Of a stretch of 32,000 bases of DNA, positions 19,301-27,246 are shown piece by piece. The notes beneath the pieces were generated by a model. That model had not been told where the DNA came from and made no database searches. It worked only from the letters and a program-made list of their open reading frames with translations. The translations under genes and the position numbers were made by a program. The DNA is taken from assembly GCF_000091665.1 (NCBI RefSeq), contig NC_000909.1:820712-852711 (forward strand). The letters run 5' to 3'. The first letter of the stretch is position 1, and each line of letters opens with the position of its first letter. The DNA is from Methanocaldococcus jannaschii DSM 2661. Its GTDB lineage: Archaea > AGJL01 > Methanococci > Methanococcales > Methanocaldococcaceae.

Positions 19301-20005
19301 GATAAACCGGGTTGTTATGGAGCTGGTGTCTCTCATTTAATAGATGAGAAAAACTGGGAATCAATAGAGGACTTTGCAAAGGTTTATGTTGAATGGGGAG
19401 GCTATGCTTATGGAAAGGGCTATTATGGAGTAGAGGCAAAAGAAGAGTTTATAAATCGTCTATCAAAGATTGAATTAACAGTTAAAAATGAAGATAGCCA
19501 AGAATGGGATATATTTGAGGGGGATGACTTCAACAGCTATCATGGTGGTTTAATTGCCTCTGTAACCTATTACTCTGGCAAAAAGCCAGTGAGTTATGTT
19601 GGAGATACATCAAATCCAAATGATATAAGAACAAAACATCTAAAAGAAGAAGGAAAAGAAATATTCAGAACAAAAATCATGAATCCAAAGTGGATTGAGG
19701 GAATGAAGAGGCATGGATATAAAGGAGCCGCTGACTTTTCAAAGTATGTTGATCATATGTTTGCATGGGATGCAACCTCTGGCATAATAGACGATTGGAT
19801 GTATGAGAAGATTGCTGAGAAGTATGTGTTTGATAAAGATATGGAAGAGTTTTTTAAAGAAAATAATCCTTATGCTCTGCTAAATATAACTGAAAGGTTG
19901 TTGGAGGCAATAGAGAGAGGAATGTGGAAGGCAGATGAGGAGATGAAAGAGAAGTTAAGGAAGAAGTATTTAGAAATAGAGGGAATGATTGAGGAAAAAC
20001 TATAA
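16319..20005 (+). CDS. cobN: Cobaltochelatase large subunit CobN (CobN/BchH family)
   Basis: Long CobN/magnesium-chelatase H-like protein ([43 protein letters not shown]). GGTGAT Shine-Dalgarno at 16309-16314 before ATG 16319. Confidence 0.95.
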   Translation: [1228 protein letters not shown]

Positions 20006-20053
20006 AACTTTTTATATCTTAAAAGTTACAAAAAGTAATTTGGGCGATTTTAA

Positions 20054-20239
20054 ATGAGCATCGTTCAATCTTATATTACTGATGAAAAAGGAAATATCAA
20101 AGGAGTTATTTTAGATTATAAGACATTTAAGAAAATTGAAGAGTTGTTATTGGATTATGGGCTTTTAAAGGCTATGGAGGAAGTTGAGAATGAGGAAGAA
20201 ATTGATTTAGAAACTGCTAAAAAGTTGTTAGAGCAGTGA
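20054..20239 (+). CDS. relB: RelB-type antitoxin
   Basis: 61 aa, [19 protein letters not shown]. Overlaps the following RelE-like ORF by 4 nt. Confidence 0.8.
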
Positions 20240-20511
20240 AACAATGGAAGTATCTTTTAAAAAAATCTTTTATTAAAGATTTAAAGGAGTTACCTAAAAA
20301 TATTCAAGAAAAGATTAAAAAATTAGTTTTTGAAGAGATTCCAAATAAAAATAATCCACCTGAAATTCCCAATGTAAAAAAGCTAAAAGGTGCAGATAGT
20401 TATTATCGAATTAGAGTTGGAGATTATAGAATTGGTTTTAAATATGAAAATGGAAAAATTGTGTTTTATAGAGTTCTACATAGAAAACAAATTTATAAAA
20501 GATTTCCATAA
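20236..20511 (+). CDS. relE: RelE/ParE-family toxin
   Basis: [44 protein letters not shown] is typical of archaeal RelE. Confidence 0.9.
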
Positions 20512-20532
20512 ATGAAATTTTTGGTGGTTTAA

Positions 20533-20655
20533 ATGTCAGAGATTATTGAGGTTATTTATGAGGATGGTGTTTTAAAGCCATTAAAACCATTAAAAATAAA
20601 GGATAAAAAGAGATTAAAAATTAAAATTGTTGATGATGATGTTGAAGAATTTTAA
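20533..20655 (+). CDS. DUF104-type small antitoxin-like protein, not in the ORF track
   Basis: MSEIIEVIYEDGVLKPLKPLKIKDKKRLKIKIVDDDVEEF*, 40 aa, matching the VIYEDGVxKPL consensus of DUF104 antitoxins. Confidence 0.75.
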   Translation: MSEIIEVIYEDGVLKPLKPLKIKDKKRLKIKIVDDDVEEF

Positions 20656-20717
20656 AATCCATGATAATAAAAAAGTGTAAGGGTATTGATATAAAAAATC
20701 AAAAGAGGCATGCTACA

Positions 20718-21692
20718 TTAGAAGTTAATTTCTAAACTCTTACAAATATCTAAGATTTTATCTTTGCTTAACTCTTCTATTTTGTAATACTTAAATCCAA
20801 ATCTATTAGCGATCTCCTTTCCAATCCCAATCTTTATAAATGATTGTGGTTCTGTATCAATTAATATAACGTTAATGCCCTTTTCAGCTATCTTCTCACA
20901 TGCATCAAAAACCTCTTTAACATAATCCTCCTTAACAGCTACATTTGGTTTGAAATCGCTAATTACAATCATTATTGGGATAATATTTGGATTTTTTCTA
21001 ATCTCTCTATCAAAGACCTCATAACTCTTAATAAAGGCATCAGCTAAAGGTGTTTTTCCTCCAGTTGGTAAATCTTTTAATAGTTTCTCTCCCAACTCTA
21101 CTGAAGATGTGAATGGCAAGATTAACTCAGCTTTATCCTTTCTAAATGCAATCATTCCAATTTTATTCCTCTTTTGATATGCATCTAAAAGTAGAGAGAT
21201 TATAGCCCCCTTAGCAGCTTCCATTCTTCTCATTGCTCCCATTGAGCCACTTGCATCAACAACAAATAATATATGGGAGGATATCTTCCTCTGTCTAACT
21301 TTCTCAACAATATCCTCTTTTTCTAAGTAGATGGCTAATTTTTTGTTGGCTTTTTCTCTTCTCTTTTTTTGATGTATTGCCGCTCTTCTAAATGTTGCAT
21401 CGAAGGCAATATCTATAATTTTATCATTAGCAAGTTTAAATTTAATATACCTCCCTCTTCTGCTGTAGCTTTTAATATGCCTTCCAGAACCATATCTATG
21501 GATATTATCTTTAAGTTTGAATTGTATAAGCTTAGGATTTACCTTAACACTCTCATCTATGCCAAAGGTTTGTTCAAAATCTCCAGTAGTATCTTCATTT
21601 TGGTTATTTTGATTATTAGAGTTGTCATTATTATCTCTTTCATCGTTACTGGTTTCTTCCTCAAACTCATTCTTTATTTCATCATGTTTTTT
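20718..21692 (-). CDS. chlD: VWA half of ChlD-like chelatase subunit, in the -1 frame relative to the AAA+ half
   Basis: The frame is open from the TGA at 21699-21701 down to the stop at 20718: ...[34 protein letters not shown]..., then [21 protein letters not shown] (MIDAS DxSGS). No ATG/GTG/TTG was found upstream of the internal ATG at 21242. Confidence 0.85.
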   Translation of the reverse strand, partial: KKHDEIKNEFEEETSNDERDNNDNSNNQNNQNEDTTGDFEQTFGIDESVKVNPKLIQFKLKDNIHRYGSGRHIKSYSRRGRYIKFKLANDKIIDIAFDATFRRAAIHQKKRREKANKKLAIYLEKEDIVEKVRQRKISSHILFVVDASGSMGAMRRMEAAKGAIISLLLDAYQKRNKIGMIAFRKDKAELILPFTSSVELGEKLLKDLPTGGKTPLADAFIKSYEVFDREIRKNPNIIPIMIVISDFKPNVAVKEDYVKEVFDACEKIAEKGINVILIDTEPQSFIKIGIGKEIANRFGFKYYKIEELSKDKILDICKSLEINF

Positions 21693-22762
21693 TTTACGTC
21701 ATCATCTTTATGCTCTTCTTTCTCTTCATTATCTTTATTATTTTGCTGTTTAAATTCATTAATCATCTGCTCCAACTTCTCTTTATTTAGTTGTGGAGGT
21801 TCAAATGGCTTTCTTCTCATTCTATGTGGTAGAGCCAACTCCATAGCCTCTTTAACATCATCTATAGTTACATAAGTTCGTCCATTGTAAGCAGCTAACG
21901 CCTTAGCTGTTCTAACAACGGTTATATCTGCTCTATTTGTCTGAATTCCTAACTCAATACAAACTTTAGATATAAATTCTAAGAGGTCATCACTTATCTC
22001 AACTTTATTTAAAAGCTCTCTTGCTTTAATTATCCTCTCTCTTAATTTGTTCTGCTCTTCCTCAAATTTCTTATAAAATGCCTCTGGATTTTCGTTGAAT
22101 TCCTCAACTCTCTTTATAACCTCTACCCTATCTTTAACATCATTTAATCCTTCAACATCAACCATTAAACCAAATCTATCTAAGATTTGAGGTCTCAACT
22201 CTCCCTCCTCTGGGTTCATAGTCCCTACTAATATAAATCTTGAAGGATGCTTTATCTTAACTCCTTCTCTCTCAATGATATTCCAACCCATTGCTGCAGC
22301 ATCCAACAAAACATCAATTATATGGTCATCCAGTAAATTAACTTCATCAATGTATAGGATATTTCTATTTGCCTCTGCTAAAATTCCTGGCTCTAATGCT
22401 TTAATTCCTTCTTTTATTGCCTTCTCTATATCCAATGTTCCGATAACCCTATCTTCAGTAGCTCCAATTGGGAGATTAACTACTTTCATCTTCTTTTTTG
22501 TAGTTTTTAACTCTCCTCTCTTTTTCTTTTCTTTGCAAATATCACATAGGTTTCCATTTGGGTCGCAGTTGAATGGACATCCTTCAACAATTTCAATCTC
22601 TGGGAGTAAATCAGCCAAAGCCCTAACTGCTGTAGATTTCGCTGTCCCTTTCTCTCCTCTAATTAAGACACCACCAATCTTTGGATTTATTGCATTTAAG
22701 ATCAATGCTTTTTTCATCTTTTCCTGTCCAACTATTGCTGTAAATGGGTAAATATACTGCAT
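21674..22762 (-). CDS. chlD: AAA+ ATPase, ChlI/MoxR-like chelatase subunit (0-frame product)
   Basis: [20 protein letters not shown] (printed as GEKGTAKS in the track), [39 protein letters not shown]. Probable ATG at 22762 ([16 protein letters not shown]). Confidence 0.9.
   Translation of the reverse strand: MQYIYPFTAIVGQEKMKKALILNAINPKIGGVLIRGEKGTAKSTAVRALADLLPEIEIVEGCPFNCDPNGNLCDICKEKKKRGELKTTKKKMKVVNLPIGATEDRVIGTLDIEKAIKEGIKALEPGILAEANRNILYIDEVNLLDDHIIDVLLDAAAMGWNIIEREGVKIKHPSRFILVGTMNPEEGELRPQILDRFGLMVDVEGLNDVKDRVEVIKRVEEFNENPEAFYKKFEEEQNKLRERIIKARELLNKVEISDDLLEFISKVCIELGIQTNRADITVVRTAKALAAYNGRTYVTIDDVKEAMELALPHRMRRKPFEPPQLNKEKLEQMINEFKQQNNKDNEEKEEHKDDDVKKNMMK
21686..21692 (-). promoter_or_regulatory. 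Candidate -1 ribosomal frameshift heptamer A_AAA_AAC
   Basis: 0-frame GAC GTA AAA AAA AAC ATG ATG AAA TAA. The -1 frame gives AAA AAA CAT GAT GAA ATA AAG..., leading into the VWA half. Confidence 0.7.
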
Positions 22763-22987
22763 AATCATCACACTTTTAATGGTTTTAATAGAAGATTTTA
22801 ATAATATTTAATATTAATTTTTTATTTTTATGAGTATTATAATACTTTTTACGTTATTTTAGGTAGGCATTAACTTATATTTAAACGTTAATGTTGCTGA
22901 GATAAAATTAATTTTAATAATGGCTGAGATGGAAAGATAAAAAAAGTTTGTTAATAAAATTAATATGTCAATTTTATGGTGAAATCA

Positions 22988-23707
22988 ATGATTGCTGTAA
23001 TTAGTGATATACATTCAAATTTAGAGGCATTAAATGCAGTTTTGAATGATATAAAAAATAGAGGTATTAAAAAAATCTTTTGTTTGGGAGATATTGTTGG
23101 TTATGGAGCTAATCCAAACGAATGCGTAGAATTAATAAGAGACCTCAACTGTTTAAGTGTAGTTGGAAATCATGATTATGGAGTTTTAGGAAAGGAGAGC
23201 TTAGATTACTTTAATAAATATGGGGCTATAGCAATACTATGGACTAAGAAGGTAATAAAAAATGAAAATCTAAAATTCTTGGATTCTCTACCTTTAATTA
23301 TTGAAGAGAATATAAAGGGCAAAAAAGTTATCTTCTCACATGCAAATCCTAAGCATCCAGAGATTTGGGAATATCTATTTCCTGATTATGTTGATGATGT
23401 ATTTAATTATGGAGATTTGATATTTGTTGGACATTCCCACATACCATTTGTAAATTCTGAAGAAGGCAATTTATTGCTTCATGAAGGAAAAATATACTTA
23501 GATGAGGATAAAAAGTATCTGATAAATCCGGGTAGTGTAGGACAGCCAAGGGATGGGATAAATAAGGCAAGCTACTGTATATTTGATGAAAAAGATTTCA
23601 AAATAGAGATTGTTAGGGTAGAATATGACATTAAAAAAGCTTATGAGAAGATTGTTAAAAATAGATTACCTGAATGGCTTGGTGAGAGGTTATTTTTAGG
23701 AAGATAA
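22988..23707 (+). CDS. Calcineurin-like metallophosphoesterase
   Basis: ISDIHSNLEAL, GDIVGYGANPNE, VVGNHDYG, FVGHSHIPF, INPGSVGQPRDG. ATG at 22988 has TGGTGA upstream; the track starts at 22976. Confidence 0.9.
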   Translation: MIAVISDIHSNLEALNAVLNDIKNRGIKKIFCLGDIVGYGANPNECVELIRDLNCLSVVGNHDYGVLGKESLDYFNKYGAIAILWTKKVIKNENLKFLDSLPLIIEENIKGKKVIFSHANPKHPEIWEYLFPDYVDDVFNYGDLIFVGHSHIPFVNSEEGNLLLHEGKIYLDEDKKYLINPGSVGQPRDGINKASYCIFDEKDFKIEIVRVEYDIKKAYEKIVKNRLPEWLGERLFLGR

Positions 23708-23708
23708 T

Positions 23709-23870
23709 TTAAAGAAATCTTCCGTATGTTAAAATTGCTTCAATAATAACAAACGCCACAGTAACTCCAATTACATGTTCTGGCTTAACTCTAATTTTTG
23801 AAAATGTCTCATCCATGTATCTTATTAGCCCAGCACTTGTTGCTAATCCAGTTTCTTCTCTTTTGCTCAT
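23709..23870 (-). CDS. secG: Preprotein translocase Sec61beta/SecG subunit, not in the ORF track
   Basis: [53 protein letters not shown], 53 aa, archaeal Sec61beta with single C-terminal transmembrane helix. ATGA overlap with the coaBC stop. Confidence 0.95.
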
Positions 23871-25078
23871 GATTTCACCAATTTTTTAACTTTTTCAACA
23901 ATTCTTTCGGAAATTTCCTTTTTAGATCCAGAGATTTTCTCAACTTCATATTTTGTTATAATATAAACCTCGATATAATCATCTCCAAAATAGTGCTTAC
24001 TTAAATCATTGGCTATAATCATATTTAAATTGTATTTATTTAGTCGCTCCTTAGCCCTATTTATAAGTTCCTTTTCATCTAAATTGTATTCTGCTTTAAA
24101 TCCAATAATTACCTTATCCTTATAAATCCTTCTTAACTCTTCTAAAACTTTAGGATTTCTCTTTAACTTTAATATTAGCTCTTCTTCAGAACTTAGCTTA
24201 CCTTCAAAACTCTCAACAGTAAAATCAGATATTGCTGCCGATGAAATAATTATATCAAAGTCCTTAGCCAACTCAATAGCTTTATTTAACATCTCCTTAG
24301 CTGTTAAAACCTTATGATTTTTTATATAATAAGGTGGCTCTAAACCCATAGCGGTTATAACCTCAACATAAAATCCTTCTTTGCAAAAAGCTTCAGCTAA
24401 AGCAACACCCATTTTTCCAGATGATAAATTAGATATAACTCTAACTTTGTCTATAAACTCAACAGTCCCTCCGTTTAATATTAAAACTCTATTTCCTTCT
24501 TTTTTTAAGTTATTTCCGATTTTTTCAATAACTGCTTTAACAACATCCTCAATATTTGCTACTTTTGCCTTCCCTTCTTCAAACTTTGGAGATATGATAT
24601 AAATTTTATCTTTCTCTTTAAGCTTATCTATATGTCTTTTAATTGCATTGAACATATTTTCATGCATTGCTGGGACAATAAATATCGGTTTATTTCCAAA
24701 AAACATTAAGGCAGTTGTATTTACAATATTATCTGCAATTCCTAAATTTATTTTTGAGATTATATTGGCTGTTGCTGGATATATTAAAAGGCAATCACAT
24801 TCATTGTATAAAAGGATATGCTCAATATCTCCAGTTATCTCTTCATAAACCTCATTTCCACAACCAAATTTTAATGCCTCTTTGCCTATAATCTTCTTTG
24901 TCTCTTCTGTAATGATGCAATAAACCTCTGCTCCATGCCTTATCAATTCTCTCATTAACTTTGGTGTTTCAATAGCCGCTATTGATGAAGTTACAGCAAC
25001 TAAGATTTTTTTATTCTCTAAGAGCTTTGATTTAGTTCCTTTTAATAATTTAGTTGGGTGCATGATTTCACTTATCAT
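23867..25078 (-). CDS. coaBC: Bifunctional phosphopantothenoylcysteine decarboxylase/phosphopantothenate-cysteine ligase
   Basis: [64 protein letters not shown]. Confidence 0.93.
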
Positions 25079-25478
25079 ATATTTTTAAACCAAATTCTTT
25101 TAATCTCTCAAAATGTTTTTTGTTTTTAGTCCATAATGGATAATTTTTGATTATTGCGGTGCATGCAATATATAAGTCAGCATCGTCTATTAGCATACCT
25201 CTCTTTTTTAATTGTCGGTAAATTTTTGAAAATGGTATAATTATCTCTTCATCAATATAAACAATCTCAAACAACTCTTTAAAAATATTTAGAACTTGTT
25301 CTTGTTTGTGTTCTGAAATACCTCTAATAAATTCGACTGCTGTTATTATTGAAATCGCTTCTCCTCCGAGTTCTTCCAATCTTCTTTTTTTAAAATAATC
25401 AATTAAAACTGAAGTATCGACCAATATTTTACTCTCTTCTTTTTCTAATTTCTTCTTCAATTTCTTCAATATTTTCAC
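25068..25478 (-). CDS. PIN-domain (VapC-family) toxin
   Basis: ILVDTSVLIDYFKKRR, AVEFIRGI, IDDADLYIACTAI. The start is uncertain (GTG 25478 or TTG 25469). Confidence 0.88.
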   Translation of the reverse strand: MKILKKLKKKLEKEESKILVDTSVLIDYFKKRRLEELGGEAISIITAVEFIRGISEHKQEQVLNIFKELFEIVYIDEEIIIPFSKIYRQLKKRGMLIDDADLYIACTAIIKNYPLWTKNKKHFERLKEFGLKIYDK

Positions 25479-25623
25479 CTTCTAATAATTCATAGAGTTT
25501 GTTAGCAAGTAATTTATATCTAACATATCTTTTAACATCATCTTTGAATTTTTTAGCATCAATATCTTCTGGAATTTCAAAAGTTATAGTAATCCTTTTT
25601 GTTTTAGATTTTGCAGAAATCAT
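25429..25623 (-). CDS. Antitoxin partner of the PIN toxin (VapB-like)
   Basis: 64 aa, ITITFEIPEDIDAKKFKDDVKRYVRYKLLANKLYELLE, directly upstream of and overlapping the PIN ORF. Confidence 0.75.
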   Translation of the reverse strand: MISAKSKTKRITITFEIPEDIDAKKFKDDVKRYVRYKLLANKLYELLEGENIEEIEEEIRKRRE

Positions 25624-25811
25624 TCTAAATCACCTTATTTCTATAATTATATGTTTGTTTATTTAAATTTTTCTTATTTCATTTTCAATTCTTTCAATTT
25701 CTTTCTCTTTATCTTTCCACCAGTTTTTGCTCTAAATTCTTATTATTTTCCATCCTTTCATTTCCAAAAACTTATTTATCAATATTTTATATAATTAATT
25801 ATATAAAAATT

Positions 25812-25970
25812 TTATTGAAATTTTAAATTTATAATTATTTTACATTTTGGACAGATAAACCTATCTCCAACACATTTAAATTCATAAGAACAGTTTGGAC
25901 ATCTAACTACTTTTATAAAATTATCTAAGCTATCCAAATCAATAACTGTAAATTTTTCTATCTCTTCCAT
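25812..25970 (-). CDS. Short CxxC zinc-ribbon protein, not in the ORF track
   Basis: MEEIEKFTVIDLDSLDNFIKVVRCPNCSYEFKCVGDRFICPKCKIIINLKFQ*, with CPNC...CPKC pairs. Confidence 0.6.
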   Translation of the reverse strand: MEEIEKFTVIDLDSLDNFIKVVRCPNCSYEFKCVGDRFICPKCKIIINLKFQ

Positions 25971-25991
25971 ATTCTCCACGAATTAAAGCTT

Positions 25992-26795
25992 TTAAGTTCC
26001 AACTTTTACTGGCTCAGCTAAATCTCTAATCAACCTAACAGCTGAATAGGCAGCCAATGCAGAGGTTCTTGGATTTTCTTCAAATGGAACATTTTCAATA
26101 CAAACTCTCAATGTTCCTATAGAGCTTTTAACAAATAGTTCATGTTTGTTCAATTTAGCATTTGGGTCTGCAACAATAACAACCTTTGCTGGAAACTCTG
26201 CGGCTATCGATAAAGTAACTGAAACATTTATATTTGCTGGAAATTCTTTTATAGCTTTAAAAACATCCCCTTCAAAAACAATTACTGGATTTTTTATATC
26301 TTCTGGTTTATAACCAAGGTTTTTCAACGCATCCTCTAAGGCAGCAACTGGTTTTGTAGTTTTTAAAACAACCTCCTCTATCTCTCCCAATCTCAGAGCT
26401 TTTATGGCATCTAAGCCACCAATAGCTCCAGAGGGCAGATAAATCTTTCTTCCAACAGTTTTAGCTAAATCTCTAAGTTTTAAAAACAGCTTTTTATCTG
26501 CCAATGCACCAACACTCATTATTAAAACATCCTTATTATTTATTAAAGATTTTTCTGCAATCTCTTCAACTGCCTTTATTGAAGCTGCCTCAACAACTAA
26601 ATCTAAATCTTCTTTAACTAAATCATCAATACTACTACATATCTTAGCCCCAGTTCTTTCTGAAAGTGTTTTTGCCTTGTCAAAATTTCTATCATAGACA
26701 GCGGAGATTTTGGCATTTTTTATAGTTCCATCTAAAACTTTTTTTGTTATAAAATTGCCAATAGCTCCACAACCAACAATACCAATTTTAAGCAT
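25992..26795 (-). CDS. nadX: L-aspartate dehydrogenase
   Basis: [57 protein letters not shown]. Confidence 0.92.
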   Translation of the reverse strand: MLKIGIVGCGAIGNFITKKVLDGTIKNAKISAVYDRNFDKAKTLSERTGAKICSSIDDLVKEDLDLVVEAASIKAVEEIAEKSLINNKDVLIMSVGALADKKLFLKLRDLAKTVGRKIYLPSGAIGGLDAIKALRLGEIEEVVLKTTKPVAALEDALKNLGYKPEDIKNPVIVFEGDVFKAIKEFPANINVSVTLSIAAEFPAKVVIVADPNAKLNKHELFVKSSIGTLRVCIENVPFEENPRTSALAAYSAVRLIRDLAEPVKVGT

Positions 26796-26893
26796 TAGTT
26801 ATCCCTCCTAAAAACAATAAAATAAAATTTTTTAGAAAAATAAATAATAAGCCTAATTTATTATAAAAGACAGAATATATTATTGTTTTTTTA

Positions 26894-27163
26894 TTACTTC
26901 TTTAAGAACCCATAACCAGAATCTGCAGGAGGTTTAACCAATATTATATTTCCAATTGCAGTTATTAAGTTGAATGGCAAAACAACCTTCTTAGAAGGGT
27001 CGGTAACATAGTCTTTTAAACATCCATTTTGAATGTCTGAAACAATTAAACCACTAATAACTCCCTTATTTAAATCAAGCATTACATCATAGACCTTCCC
27101 AACGTATATGGCTGTCGTTGTGTATATTGGTTTATCTAAAATATCACTAACTCTAATTGCCAT
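26894..27163 (-). CDS. PRC-barrel domain protein
   Basis: [65 protein letters not shown]. Confidence 0.8.
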
Positions 27164-27246
27164 TGCTATCCCCCTAATTTTTATACTCCTTTAACTTAAA
27201 AAATTACTATTTATTTATGTTTATTTAAATCTTTTGTGTGGTAATT

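Noticed and set aside
21369-22751. Plus-strand ORFs 21369-21875 and 22275-22751
   Set aside because: Antisense to the chelatase coding sequence. The first even spans the frame-transition region, but its hydrophobic low-complexity translation is a shadow of the Asp/Asn/Glu-rich linker.
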